Of a DNA stretch of 64,000 nucleotides, positions 12,710 to 27,588 are shown piece after piece. The position numbers were made by a program, and so were the translations under genes. Position 1 is the first letter of the stretch, and each line of letters begins with the position of its first letter. Origin of the DNA: Guillardia theta CCMP2712. Lineage: Eukaryota; Protista; Cryptophyta. The stretch is taken from assembly GCF_000315625.1 (NCBI RefSeq), contig NW_005434658.1:893504-957503 (forward strand), read 5' to 3'. The notes below the pieces were generated by a model. The model saw nothing but the letters and a program-made list of their open reading frames with translations, ran no database searches and was not told the DNA's origin.

Positions 12710-15700
12710 CACAAATAGTCGAAGATCGCCCTCATCGCCGTCCGCATGTAGACAATCGTTCTCTTCACGCTCCCCTCCACGTGCTTGGGAATGTTCACCC
12801 GCAGAGTCCTCGCGCCCGCATCCCCTCTCCTGCTCATCACCGTCACCGTGAGCTCCCCCGGCATGTCCTGCGGGATCATCATCCCCTTGAGGGTGTAGAG
12901 GTCGAAGCATGAATCCCGTATGTCGCTATCTGCAGGCGAAAATGTCATCGAGGAGGAGCAGGATGAGCGGGAGGAGGAGGAGGAGCAGGAAGAGCGGGAG
13001 GAGGAGGAGGAGGAGGAGGAGGAGGAGGAGGAGCACAAGGAGGAGCAAGAGGAGGAGCACAAGGAGCACAAGGAGGAGGTAAATGCTACTAATCCGAGAA
13101 GGCAAGAGGAGGGGAGGGGAGGGGAGGGGAAGATGGAAGGGGAGGATGGGAATCGAGGTGGGGAGAGGTCAACAAGAGGGTGGAGGAGCAATTACCAGCC
13201 GTGAGCTTCCCGAGCAGGATGGCGCAGCACTCGCAAGTCCGCATCAGCATCTTCCTCCTGTGCTCGAGCGCGAAGAACTGAGCATGAAACTCTCCGCCCT
13301 CCTCCTTCATCTTCGGCCCGTGGACTTCACACTGGGACTCCAGCTGAATGATGAACTGAAGGAAAGAAACAGAGCACTCGGTCGCCAGCGTCAGAGTTCC
13401 CAGGGAGCATCGCAGGGGAGACGAGGAGGAGGAGACGGCGGCGAAGGAGGAGGAGGAGCTGTAACAGTTCACGTCCCCCTCCTTGGAGCGAAACCTCTGC
13501 GCGGTCCTGTCGACGAAGGGGCTGATCTTGTCGCCAAAGCAGCACATGATGCGCAGGCAGTTGTGAATGAGGAGAAAGAGAGTGTCTACCAGCTTCTGAT
13601 CGAATAGGCATCGCTGCCTTGAGTACTGCAAGCCAGTCAGCCTCTTCTTCCTCCTCTTCCTCATCCTCTCCCCACCTTGAGCAGCGCCTGCTGCCTCGGG
13701 ATCTCGGTCTCTTCTTTCTTCCCCGTGTGAAGGAACTGGAGGAGGAGGACGGTGTCGCGGATCTGCTCGTCGAGGACGGTCTTTGACTGCAAGCTCGGCT
13801 CCTCCCACACCTGCCCGTCTCGGCTCTTGTTCGTCTCCATGCGCGCTTGCGCCTGCTCCTCGTGGGAGACGGGGCGGAACCGCTACGGCAGAACGTCAGG
13901 GTCACTTGCTGGGCATCAGCTGGGCTGACCTGATTAAACTTGCTCGTGTCGTCTCGCCAGAGCTTGAGGCAGTCGGAGAGGTTGGCGACCACCTCCGGGA
14001 TCAGCTCGAGCAGCAGCTGCGTCAGCTTCGGCACTTGTGACGACCACAAGGTACACTTGCTGGCCAGTCGCAGGAGGATCGCGGTCCACTGGCAGAAGAA
14101 GTCAGCGTGCGGGGGAGACGAGAACAGGTTCCTACCAGCTTCGCTTCCTCAAGGAGGGCGAGGGAAGGAAGTTTGCCGACCTCCACGTCCTGCATCTCCT
14201 GCTGCATCGTAGACGTCCCGTGCAGGATCCCACCGCCGTTCATGGCCGCCGCGTCGTTCCCGCTGCTCCTGCTCTCCCTGTGAGCCCTCACGTCTCGCCG
14301 GAGGTCAAGCGCGAGCGTTAGGACGCGTGTGAGTCGCTCCTGGTAGTTGACGACAAACGCGATCAGCTCGTGCAGAAAGTCTTCGCGGGTTTTCAGCTTA
14401 AGGCTCAGCAGCAGCACAGCTTGAAGCGACTGGCACCAGACCTGATGCCAGATGTTCCTTCCCCGCGAGTTTCCGCTGCCCACGTAGAACCGAAGCTGCT
14501 CCGCGTCCCACCGGACGATCTTGGTGTGCAGCGGAGACTCGCGGAGGGCGAGCATGAAGGAGAATTTGGCCAGCAGCTGGGCCCCCTGCAGGTTCTGCGC
14601 GACTTCAGTGATAACCTCGAGGGCTGCGAGCGCGTCTAGAGCTGCGTCCTTGCTGGACATCAGGTCGGATCCTTCCATGGCCATGCGACCGCCGCTGCTG
14701 CCCTGCAGCGAAACTCCTGAGATCCAGGAAAAGAGCCCGGGGGTCTGCGTCCAAAAGGCCTGCGTAGGAATGAACGACAAATGAGTAGAGAGGAGTGAGA
14801 CGGAGGAACTTGCTGTAAGGGAGGGGGGAGGGAGGGGAGGGGAGGAACTTGAAGCAAAGGAAGGAGGCAGGAGAGGGAGGGAGAGAGGGAGGGAGGGAGG
14901 GAGGGAGGGAGGGAGGGTTGCTCACCTGACCAAGCATGGACTGCCAGTGAACAGGGTCTGACCATTTGCACAGGCGGATAATGACAGCGAGGAGCGTGCA
15001 GGACTTGCGAGCCACAGGGCCCGACAAGTCGCCACTCTGAAGCTTCTCGCACACGATGGAGCTCAGGCGGACCAGGACGAGGTCGTAAAGCAGCGCCACT
15101 TCACCTGCGACACCTCGTTCAGCTGTTGCCCAGCAGAGCAGGACGACACTCACCCGCAGTCTCCTCGTCGGACTTCCTTGACTTGTCATCGTTGGACGTG
15201 GCGAGCGTGACCGAGTCAAGAGTGATCATGTCCTGGACGTGGATGAGGAGCCGCAGGCTGGCGTCGACCAGCACGTCGTAAAGGAGCGACCTCTGCTCGT
15301 TGCTCTCGATCTGCTCTGCTACCGTCCCAACAAATTCCGCCTTCCCCTTGCACTCCATCCAGAGAGCGTCGGTCACCTTGGACAGCAGGTTGACTGCTGG
15401 CAGGTGACTAGCTGCCTTCACCATGTTCTTCTGAGGGTGCAGCGGCCACCCGCAGTGGATGATGACTGACAATGTCCTGCCAATCTCCGTCTTCACCTCG
15501 AGGTCGCCGCTCAGACCTCTCATGTGGTTCAGCATGACCAGGCGGTTGCAGAGCGCTGAGAGGAGGCGAGTCAGCATCAGCCCGTCGTGATCGTTGAGAG
15601 TGTGGAGAAGGTCGCTCGGGCAGCGGCAGGCAGCGGCCTGCAGGAACTTGCAATAGGAGATGGTCAAAAGACACTTGAGGTCATGCACAGCCTGGTCTTG

Positions 15701-18700
15701 GTTCAACCCGCAGGCAACCTTCTCCAGCTGCCCACTAGAGACGTCACGGGCGTGTTTGGTGTCGAAGTACCAGTCTTCTGAGAAGTCGAACATGGCTTGA
15801 AGTTTCTGCTCGACCCTGTCGCTGTGCGTCAGGCTCTCTCGGCTGCCCCGGAGGTTCATCGAGACTCGCTGCATGCCGTGGAGCAGAACTTCGTTCTTGA
15901 GCGAGCAAGCGTCGTAGTCGAACTGACTCCTCCTGGGGTTTTCGGCCATGATCTCCAGGCTCTGGGGCGGGTTGTGGTAGGAGGAGATGTTAGACAGCTC
16001 GAAGACCGCTCTCCTTGCGATCGTCTGCACCAGCTTCTTCCTCTCCTCGTCGGCTGACTTGGCGAAGGAAGAGTCGACATGGTGATCCTCCACATGCATC
16101 GCGCAGATTGAGACGGCGAGAGCTTCGATGTGACTTCTCCTGCAAATGCTCTCGATCGCATCGGCGACACACAGCGGCTGCCACAGAGAACTTTCCATTA
16201 GGTCGGCCGGTCGCCGCCACAGGCGCTCGATGGGCTCTACTCGGGTCCCAGCAAGAGAGCTCAGCATCGACTCGTAGAGGTACTTGAAGAGGATGTAAGG
16301 GAGAGGGACAGGGTTCCAGAATTTCTTCATCTTCCCCTCGCTGTTCTTCGCAGGGTGTCCGTCCATATCCACGAACTCCAGTTTGAACTTGAGCCTGTTC
16401 CACATGCTGGACAGAGCGCTGTCGATGCACTCGCTCATGTCGTATCCCTTCCCTTCGATCTCTTGGATGCAGACGTCCACCACCCGCAGCTCCAGCCGGA
16501 TGCGGTCGACGTTGTCAGTGCCCACGTCGGGATCAAGGAAGTATCGGAGGCTAGAGAACATCTGTCGGGCAGTGTCTCCATGTACGCATGCCTCTTCTCG
16601 AAGAATCGTCGTTAGCACAGACGCGTCAGTGAGGAACTCGATAAGAGGGTTGCCTTCCTTGGAGGAACAGTCTAAGATGGGAAGAGGAGCTCGCTTCAGA
16701 GCTTTGGGCATCTTCACCCTCACCACCTGCCCCTCCGTCCGATCGTCCACGTAGTCAACCTTGAGTTCGGTCAGCAGGGAGTCGTTGCCGCCCTGGATGA
16801 GCCTCACGAGCGTCTCCCAGAAGCTCGCCTCCTGCTCCCGCTGCGACTTCTCATCCCCCTTCAAGGATCCGAGCACCTTGTCGCTGCTCTGCGGGGATAG
16901 AGTGATCTTCTTGGCCTGTTCGTCGGGGGTGCCATTGAGCTTGGAGCCGGATCTTACCTCTTGAATGAAAGGATCCTCGGGGGCGGCAAACACCTGGTAG
17001 CAACGCCTGGAGCCATCCTTCACGTGCAGCCTCACCTTGTAGCTCCTCCTCTGCCCTGTCTTGTTGTAAATCTCCGTGTGATAGGGCGAGCTCAGCCCCC
17101 AGATCAGGCAATCTGGATCAGAGAAGCCCTGCACTATCCCAGCTCGCTCCTCAGGCGCACATGTCCAGATGGTCTGGATCAGCATGAGGCTGTGCTCGAG
17201 GACTTTGAGTCTGTTCAGTTCCTGCTCGCTGATCGCAGACCCCCCCGAGAACGCGATGTCGGGATGCAGAAATGCCTTGATGATCCGCCTCAGCTGAAGC
17301 TGCTTGGACAGCAGGTAGTGGCTGGAAGTGTCAGGCATCTCAACCTTCGAGTCCCAGGACCTGCTGAGTGTCGCCTTGCGCGTCAGGCCCTCATAGGCGT
17401 TGATGACAAGGGGAGGCTGCATGTAGCCCTTTCCGCTGCGAATCTCGACGATCCAGCCGTTGTAATAACCATCGACCTGTTTTGCAGTCTCGTCTAGCGT
17501 GATTGACCTCTCGCTCACGTCCTTGACGCATCCCGCAAGCGACGAGAGCTCGTTGGCTGGCTTCAAGGACTCGCTGTCGGAGTCAAACAGCCAGTCGGCA
17601 AGTCCAGGTTGGAGGCGAGAGCCTCCGAGAGGAACGCGAGGATCGAGACCCTCGTGTCGACGGGCTCGTCATGGCAGGTCGCAATGTCAATGAGCTCCCG
17701 CCTGGTGTGCGCATTCTTAGGAGGCGTCAGCCGATACTGACTAGTCCCATCAGGTTTTTCGACGTCCTGCTTCCACGGTTTTGACAAGGTTGCCTTACGT
17801 GACTTTCCATCATACGTCGCAATCCGTCGGGCACTCTGCATCTTTCCCTTGCCGTTGACGATTTCAATGGTCCAGCCATTGTAGAAGCAGTCAGCGTCGT
17901 TGGCATCCGACTGCAACGTCAGCGAGTCGTCTGTGACCTGCCCGACTTTCCCCGTCTCAACTCCGTGAGCGACGGCATCGTTCTCCAGGGCCTGCTTGTG
18001 CTCTTCTTCTCTCTTCTCCCAACTTTGCCTGATCGTGTGAGGCCGCAGGTCGAGCCTACAGACCAGCGAGAGAACTCGCGAGGCAGCCTGTGGCAACTTG
18101 GGCGATAGGTGCTGAGACTGCAAGAGCGTAGGGAGGCCAATGGGAGGAGAGGAGTGGAGCATTGACTGAACCATAGGAGCCGCAAGGTACAGGCAGGCAA
18201 ACTCCACATTCCGATCGTTGCAAGACACCTGCTGGTCCGAGCGGCACAGGATGATACGCTCTAAGATGGACAGGATGGAGCATGCGACTGCGTCTAGACC
18301 CCGGTTGTAGGTCTTCCAGGCTGTGCCGGCCGGGTTGTAGAGCGAGTCGACAAGTTTCAGCAAGTTGGTACAAGGGCCTGAGTCCCTCTCAAGCCACCGA
18401 AACACCGAGATGTGAAGATCCGGTCGGTCTTGAATCCCTGCGCAGCCAATGAAGCCACTCTGAAGCATGTGGGGGAAGCGCTCCCGAAGAAAGCTCTCGG
18501 CACGAAGCTGAGACAGAAGCAGTACTTCCTCACCGAAGATGGCGTGAATGACCTTGAGGATACGGGCGACCCAAGGCAGCGTGTCCTTGCTCCTGTGGTA
18601 GTTGAAAATCTGGCACAGAAAGTCAGCAAGGCAAGACAGGAGGATCACGCTCTACCATGAAAGACTGCTCTTCATAAGAGGTAAAGTTTCGCTCGAGGGC

Positions 18701-21700
18701 TTCTTCTAGCGTGCTCACACCGTACAAACGACTGACATTTGGGAGAATGATCTCAACACAAAGGCGAACCAACGGCAATACACTGTGATAGGCAACTGAC
18801 CCCTGCTTCGCACACACAGGGTAGGGGGTAAACCAACCCCAGGTCGACTGCGAGTCGTCAGATCTGATAGTCCATTCACATCTCTCCTGCCTCTCCGGGC
18901 GAGACCAAGTATCTTCGATTTTTGCCAACACCACACAAGCATTCGTCGTCAAACCCTCAGTCATGGCCACCTCAAGCACGCTCGTGTCTCCCCCTGCGTT
19001 CTCAAGCTCCTGGTTCCTAAGGCCCGTCCCCGAGAAATACATCTTGCTAGCCCAGTAGACTCTCTCTGTCAACGCAGCCACTGCGAAGGAGATCGGGCTT
19101 CTGTTTACCACCATTCGGTTCTCAAGCTCCCAGTGCAGGATCTGAGCAAGCAGTCGTTGAAACCCTCCCTGGCTGTCGCTACGCTGAGAAGAGCTCCATT
19201 GCTGCTGCCTTTCGTACAGCTCCTGACCTGAACCACTCCATCCCCCGATGTCCTCTAGCAGCGCAACGGCTTCATCGTGCGACCCCGAGAGCTCGGCATG
19301 GTGCACGTACCATCCTATCGACTTGAGGGTGTTGACAAGGACGTCGCGCCAACCCTGTCGGGCCAGCTCCTCTTGTGAGCTGATCAAATCTTTGGAGATG
19401 AGGAGTTGCTGGGCAGACACGTACGAGACGGCACTGAGAGTCCGTGAGAGACGATTGGAGAGGTTGATCTCGATCTCCCGTATGACGACGCAGCTCTCGA
19501 CGTACTCCCAGCAGAAGGCCAGCCTTCTTGATATCTCGACGAGAAATCTGGGTGCTGCAACCCTGCTGGATGGGTGAAAAGAGAGGTTTTGCAGCTGAGT
19601 ATCGATGCTTTCGCAACGGTTACAGAACTGTTCGATCGAAGTGAGGAGGACCTCGTTGAGGAAGTCGCTGCGATGTGTGGGGAGGGGGATACCGTCAACG
19701 CCGGCTATCCACCGATGAAGAGCGAAAGCCATGTTGAGGGTGGTCACATACTGCGGGGCGTCTGCATGATACCCGAGGAATCCGGCGGGGTTGGAGAAGT
19801 TGTTCTCTTTTCTGAAACGGCTGTCTTGACATGCGGAAGCTTCTTGAATGATGAGCAGCAAGCTTCGCCACCGGGCCGACGTCGATATCTTGTTAGTTTC
19901 TCCTCCAAGTGCATCCAACGAACTTCCAAGATATTCGCTTAGCAGATATTCGTTCCATCCGCCGAGCACGGAGCACAGAGCCTCGTCGACAGCTCCCAGG
20001 ATGAGATCCTTTACCTGTGGCGAGCTTTGAGGTTCGCCAAGGAAGCGATCATAGAAAGACGAGCAGCGGGCCTTCAGGTATTTGATGCCGTTAAATATGG
20101 CAGGAATGGCTTCAATCAATGATTCCCTGTAAAACTTGTTGTACGATTCCTCCCAATCACTCTCCCATGACTTGTCATCAACACTGTCCGAGAACTTCTC
20201 GTTCCCAGCAAGCAGCCAGGTTGTTTCGACTGTAGAGGAGATGCACTCAAAGCCTTGCATCATGAATTTGGTGTACAGCTCCAGGATATCAGACATTTGA
20301 GGATCATTTGAGAAGATGTCACCAGTCAAGCAGCAGTCATTGCCAACTTTACAGTTTTCAACCTTCCAGTTTCCACCCGATGGATCAAATCCCTTGCGAA
20401 CCAAGGACTCGACGGCCATTGCACATGTTTGTGAACATTGAAAGGTCGGCGAATTTCTATCTGAAATCGAGTCTGTCGCGCTGACAAACTCGACGATATT
20501 CAAGCAGTGACACAAGAAGAAGGAAATCAGGACTTCAGCTGGAAGCGGAGAACTCTTCCCGCACCACTTCGACTCAGCTCCCTTTATCCCAAGTGCTGGT
20601 AAGTCAAAGCTTTGACCCACGGCAGAGGAAAATCGAATCTAAGAAGCAGGAAAGTACGTCAGGGGAACGAGTTGAAATGGGAAAAACTTACATCCAATGT
20701 GCACAGTAAAGAAAATTTGATAGAATCGTAAAGCTTCGACCTGAGACTATCAAGAAGGATTGGGTCCTCTTCACCGAAAGTGCAGAGCGATTGCAGATAA
20801 ATCTTTGACAACAAACCATTCTGTGAAGTTCCTGCCGATGCAGAGGAGATCGCGAAGAATTTCTTGTACATGAAAGGGAAGTAGCCGAGTTCTTCGTGCC
20901 AGTGCTCCATGTTTTTTGACTTGCTGACACTTTTCGGGCAATGTTCATCGTTCAACCAATCGCTGATTCGCCATGAAGCCCGCGAAATGCCTGCCAACAA
21001 AATGAACAATTGCGTTTGAACCTGAAGGCACTCAATCTGCACTATCCCAGCATGCAGCGAGCTCTTGTCCCTCGATCGCCTCAGGTCACAGCCCAAGCCC
21101 GTTGTGTTAAGCAAGAGGACATCGTCGGACATGGCCCTCGACATTCGGACATAGCTGGAAGCATCTTCATCGCTGATCTCCCTAGTTTGAATAGACGCTG
21201 TCACTGCCTCTAAGCATGACAACAATCGGTCCAGCAGGCCTGCTGAACCATCGTTCTGAACAAGGAGATGATCTCTCAGCCTTTCCCAGTACTCGAATGA
21301 CCTGTCCTCTTCTGAGCTCGGACTCTTTGAGTGCAGCACATTGGACACGAGGGCTTGTAGGTAATACAAAACCTGCCTTGGAGTTCGAAAGTTTGACTTG
21401 ATTTTGTTGCTTCTGCAGAACTGAAACAGAAGGGAATGCAAAGACTCAATGGCCTTGTGATAAGTCTGTTGCCCTGACCCTCCTGTGCTTGCAGGTACTG
21501 AGGCTAAAAACAAATCAATGACTTCTTTGCCCGATGAAAATTATCCATACCTTGACTTTGGAATCCGAACGTGGCCATTGCTTTCGTTCAAAACCAAATG
21601 TGCAAATAGCACAGGAGGTCAATCAAGACTTCTAATGGAATATCCTGAGTTAAAATCACTGAGAAGCATGAACGAAAAGCATAAAATAGTTCGCAGGGCT

Positions 21701-21720
21701 AGACTCATATCCCTGCTTCA
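12710..21720 (-). CDS. NUP188: Very large nucleoporin NUP188-like gene (multi-exon; ends approximate; apparent 1-nt frameshift at ~17611)
   Basis: Consecutive long minus-strand ORFs. The segments ILAFLSEALA(S)QPGLADWLF and FLHELIAFVVNYQERL...SLALLEEA...WSSQVPKL resemble conserved Nup188 segments (recalled as ILEFLTVAVETQPGLIELF and ALDFVGVHQER...SLACLEEA...WHFHLPQL). Confidence 0.65.
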
Positions 21721-21849
21721 AATTTGCAAACATAGACGGGATAGAAGGAAGTAGATGAAGGAGATAGCAAGGAGCACGGCAAGTTCAAGCCATGGACAAG
21801 AGGCAGCGAGATCAGCCATTGAGTATGAGCAAGACTAGGATAAGCCACA

Positions 21850-21898
<49 letters not shown>

Positions 21899-21900
21899 GG
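21850..21900. repeat. (GCAGGA)n hexanucleotide repeat
   Basis: Direct inspection. Confidence 0.9.
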
Positions 21901-22015
21901 CAGAAGGAGCACCAGGTTCAGGAGGAGTACATTATTTGAAACGAAGAGGAAGGGAGGAGAAGGAGGAAGGTGATGACGATGATGATAAGGAGAGGATAAT
22001 GATGATGCTGATGCT

Positions 22016-22836
<821 letters not shown>

Positions 22837-23587
22837 TGCAGCTTCACTTCACCTCGCAGTTGAATCCTTTGGCGCCAACACGCGCATTTCCTCTTTACCG
22901 TTACATAAAATAACGTATCTTTCACGGTTACATACCGTTGCAGAACTTCCGGAACGGTACGGTACGGTACGGTACCGTAGTGACTCATCAGACGGTCGCC
23001 GGCCGGGCCCCGGGGCCGCGCCGAGGGTCCAGTAGTACTACTAGTGCGGGGCCAGCCCGTTGGTAGGCACAAGTTCAATGATCATATTGGTTCTCTCTGT
23101 CTTTTCTCTTCTCGCCGTTTGGCCAGTGTGACAGTGTCAGGGTGTCAGGGTCAAGTGATTTGAGTGCCGGGCCCCGGGCCCGACCGACTTCGCTTAGTTT
23201 TCCACTTCAAACGCATTTCTTTATCCATTTTGTTCCTCTAGGACCGAAGGGGGTACGAGCTACTAGAACAGGGTCCTAGTAGCACTTGAGATGACTTGAG
23301 GAAGAGGTCAAAGGGTAGAGGAGGTGAGCTTGGCTGGATGGAGGCAGCAGGCGGGGGAGGAAAGAGGGAAGAGGAGGACGGGAGGAGAGGGAGGAGGAGG
23401 CGAGAGAAGGGACGAGAAGGCAGGAATATGAATGCTGTGAGCGGGAGGAGGGAAAGCCTGGGAGCAGATGAATAAGGGAGTAGACAGAGAAAGGGGGAGG
23501 AAGAACTGACCGTTTTGCTTGCAGTCTTTCGTCTATGAGCGAGGGCCGCTGCTCCTCTTTCCCTCCTTTCTGAGCTTCTATATTGCA

Positions 23588-26500
23588 ATGAGACCGCATG
23601 TCATCCCTCCCCTGCTCCTCCTCCTCGCCCACCAAGTGTTGTCCATCACTCCCGAAGTGATTGAGGTAACTGTCTGTCCCTGCTCCCTCGTCGACCTCAC
23701 CTCACTTGCTGCAGCCCGAGCAGACCATCACCTCTTCTATCCTTCCTAGCGAGATCAAATGCTACTATCTCTCCCTCAACGACACTGTAACGCGGGAGAT
23801 CGTGTACTGGACAAAGGTCCCTCCCAACGCTCCCTCGACCGAAGAGGCTGAGTGAGTGTGCGGCAGGCAAAGATGTTCCTTCACCTCGAGCCATATAGCG
23901 GGACGCCGCACATGCTCGTGTCTGCGTTGGGCTGCCCTTCCAATGGCTTTCCGGTGCACTACGAATATCAAAATGCCATGTAAAAATGACCCTCCCTCCC
24001 TCCCTCCCTCTCTCCCTCCATCACTCACTCCCTCCCTCCATCACTCACTCACTCACTCACTCACTCACTCCTCCCTCCCCTCCTCCCGTGCGTTTCTGAT
24101 GACCTTCCATAGAAGCCGCAATGACATGTTGGCGGCGGGTCAAACTCCTCCGCAGGAGTGGGAGTGGGTCGGGGACATTGAAACTCTTGACATCGACCTC
24201 TCGTAAGCTGCGTCTGAGATAGGCTGCTCTTTGACTGCGTCTTAAGTTACCGCAACTTCTACATCGAGATCGTTCAATTCCACCCTAAGGTTGACTCCAA
24301 CTACACCATGACGGAGCTGTCAAGGAAGCTGCGGTTGAGTCAGCAGAGCGTCTGCTGGGCAATTGCTGATGGTTTCTCCTTGCAGCAATGCAGGATACAA
24401 TGCAGAGGCAAACAACGTCGATGAGATTGTATATTGAGAAATCGGCGCTTGTTCGTAGATGTATTGACTCGTCCTCTCTTCTAGATTTTTCGAGGCTTTT
24501 CCTACCGAATGACTCCAGCATGCTTCGCAAGTATCAAGAATTGATCATGCCGACTGCGAAATTTGTAGGAGTCAACGCCTGCGCCGCTCGCATCTCACTT
24601 CATCGGCAGCAATTTTCGGCGAAGATTCATGACGAGAAGAGGATTCCTAAGGAGAAGTTGAACCCAATCGCAAACGTGCAGTCAACTGTGCGAGGCCTGT
24701 CAGGACTTGACTCGTTCCCTCCAGACCGTCGGGTGGAGTCGAGACATCACCAAGATGCCCTCAGCTGACCCCGCGTATGAGAACGTATCGCTCGGTCTTG
24801 TGAGATGATTTCCTTCCCAGGGAGTACCAAATCTCTTTCTGGCCGCCAACCAGGAAGTCAAACTCGACAACAGCCCGACGACACATCGACTTCCGCCAGC
24901 TGCGGGACATGCACGAGGAGGAGGAGCCGCTGGGCGAGCATGACGTGGCCTTGCGGAAGCTCATGGTAAGGAGAAGGGAGGCTGAACGCAAGTGACGGGG
25001 TCCAGGCTGATGGGTCGCACGTGCGATGGGGGGATGTGGAAAAGATTCTCAAGGAGGCGGGATACCATGACATTGTAAGTGCTGGAAAGTGCGGGATCGA
25101 AGTCACTTTTGCAAACTAGTTGTTGACTCGAAGTGATTGAGTTTGTGCTTCAGGTCCAAGAGGCCAGCGATCTGCTCTCCCATGAAGACATCATCTTCCG
25201 AGCAAACGTGAAACAGCACCTCCTCGCTCCCTCCCCTCTCTTCGACCTGACGCGGGCTCTCCAGCCGGCCTCGTCCATGACAGCGTTGTCCTCTCAAAGA
25301 AGGCTGAATGCTCTTGAGGAAGACGATCGATCGGCTAGGGTGAGAGCACTCATAACAAAATTCAGGTGGTTCAACTGAAACTCGTCCAGGGCCTCGATGC
25401 CTCCACACTGCAGGCTGAGCTGAAGAAGACAAATGAGGCCTTGGAGGCTCTAAAGAGCGTTCCTGGTGGGGATCGAACAGCCGCGCCTACGGGCTGGCTG
25501 ACTGAGTTCTCAGGTTTCGAGGATTCCATGAGGAGAGGAGCCCAAGAATTCCTTGAGTTCCAGCAGTCTGCGAGTCAGAGGAGCGCCGGAGAGCGGCGAG
25601 GCAGGCGGGACCTCCAGAACGTGACTGAGCTGTACATGGGAGGAGCGTCTCCTGCAGCGGTAAGACCTCGTCTCCTTGCTCCTCCTCGTCTGACAGGCCC
25701 TGGCTGGGGATCAGATACAGCAGGCAGTGCACGCGATCTCCGACGAGGAGCTGGAGTACATGATTTACGTCGTCGACCTCACCCAGATCATTCGCGACAG
25801 GTGCGCCTCAGGACTTTCAGTTCCTGCCCTAGTGACGTGGCATCAGGTGGGGGGTTGTAAGGGACAGCATCTACAACCAGTACACGAGGCTGATAGACTG
25901 GGATCAACCCTCCGTCTTCTTCTGTGACGAAAGCCCGTATGCTCCTCTTCTCCTGTGCTGGCCCACTGACCTCGTCGCTCCTCCCCTTCTACAGTCAGGG
26001 CAAGTGCGGGATCTACCAAGTGATCACCAGGCAAGAGTTCGCCCGGTTGGACGGTGACGACCAACTTTGCTGACCCTGACGCCTGACTTTGACCGTTACA
26101 CGAGCAGTCAACGGCGATGGGCTGATATCGAAGAGCGAGTACGAAGCCGAATACAGCGTTGAGCGACAGAAGTACGACAACGGCTTCAAATCTGTGAGCG
26201 AACCAGCTGTGATGACATGAGAGAGGATGAAGGGTGCTAGATGTTGAGTGCGAGGAGGGAAGGATAGAGGGAAGGGGAGCCTGAAGGCGAGGATTCAGAG
26301 GACACAGAGGCAGGGCAGGCAGGAAGGGAAGGAGAGGTCGGGACATGTCAGTGCTGATACATCAACCCTGACAGGGCTGGAACTTCCAAATCGCCGCCTT
26401 GAATCACTCGGGTCAAGGCATCGACCTCGCAACGTGGGAGGAGGCGTACAATGACTACAAGGGGATCTTCGACGCCTCTCTCAAGGACCCCCTGGTGAGA

Positions 26501-27391
26501 TGGGAAGAAAGAGTCCAGCTGGGCTCGAGCTGAGAGAGCTGCAGGTGAGGACCTACTGGACGTCTCTCGGCCTCAACCAGACTGGGAGGCCGGTGGGAGT
26601 CACGGGGAACATCTCAGCTGCCAATCCAGTGATCGAGTGGCTGACATACAAGGCCTTCGATCAGGTTGGAAGGCTCCCTACCGCCTCCCTCACTTACCGA
26701 TCCCTTCTCAGCTCCCTGACGGCCGGTTGACCCGCAACCTCAAAGGCCTTGACGACTCTGACAACAACGTCTACATCGTGAACGTGGTTGTCCGCAGCAG
26801 AGCTACAGGTTCCTGCCGCTCCCTTCTGGTCTGAGGACTGACCTGGTCGTCCAGGGGAGGAAGTTGCTTACAAGGCGCATGTGCTGCAGAGAAGGTCGCC
26901 GGTATACATGCCAGCTGATACGACCGGGCCGAAGCAAAAGAGCGTCATCGTGAGAGCTCAAGGCAAATCTTCTTTCTTCATTAGCTAACTTCTTTTCGAA
27001 GATTGGAGCGGTCTCCAGTATCGTAGGCATCACAGTAATCTTCCTCGTCGCAATCTATTTCTCTCGCCTCAAGAAGGTAAATTCTTTCCCACCCCGTTTC
27101 TCTCCTCTCCTCTCCTCCTCTCCTCCTCCTCTCCTCTCCTCCTCCTCTCCTCACATCGTTTTCCCTCCTGTCTCCTCCCTCCCCTTTCCTCTACTCTTGT
27201 CTCCTTCAATCTTCACCTCTCTGCCACTGGCCTCTTCGCCCTTCCCTTTCCCTCCTGTCTTCTCCCTCCCCTTCCTTATCTCTCCACTGCCCGCCCATCT
27301 CCTCCAGCTGATTTCTGGACAGAAACGACCCGTCGTCAAGATTGTTCACGAGGGACCTGATGGTCCAGTGCTGATTGGTCAAGTCAGATGA
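23588..27391 (+). CDS. Multi-exon predicted type-I membrane protein of unknown function (signal peptide, possible EF-hand, C-terminal TM)
   Basis: Start MRPHVIPPLLLLLAHQVLS; many short GT-AG introns; an NGDGLISKSEY segment near 26110; TM-like IGAVSSIVGITVIFLVAIYF followed by SRLKK near 27000-27075. Confidence 0.45.
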
Positions 27392-27588
27392 GGCACTGAG
27401 GGGGGTGGGACCACATCACTTCGTGCCGGCATCCATTGTTTGTGTGTGTTGAGAATTAAGCTCAAGCTTTTTCTGAGTGATTTACCAAATTTGAGCAAGA
27501 TTGACCTAATGAATTGTTTGTTGTGCTGTGACATGGCAAGAAAATCTCTCAATCCCATTCGTCGTGACTGACGTGTCGTCCATCTGCG

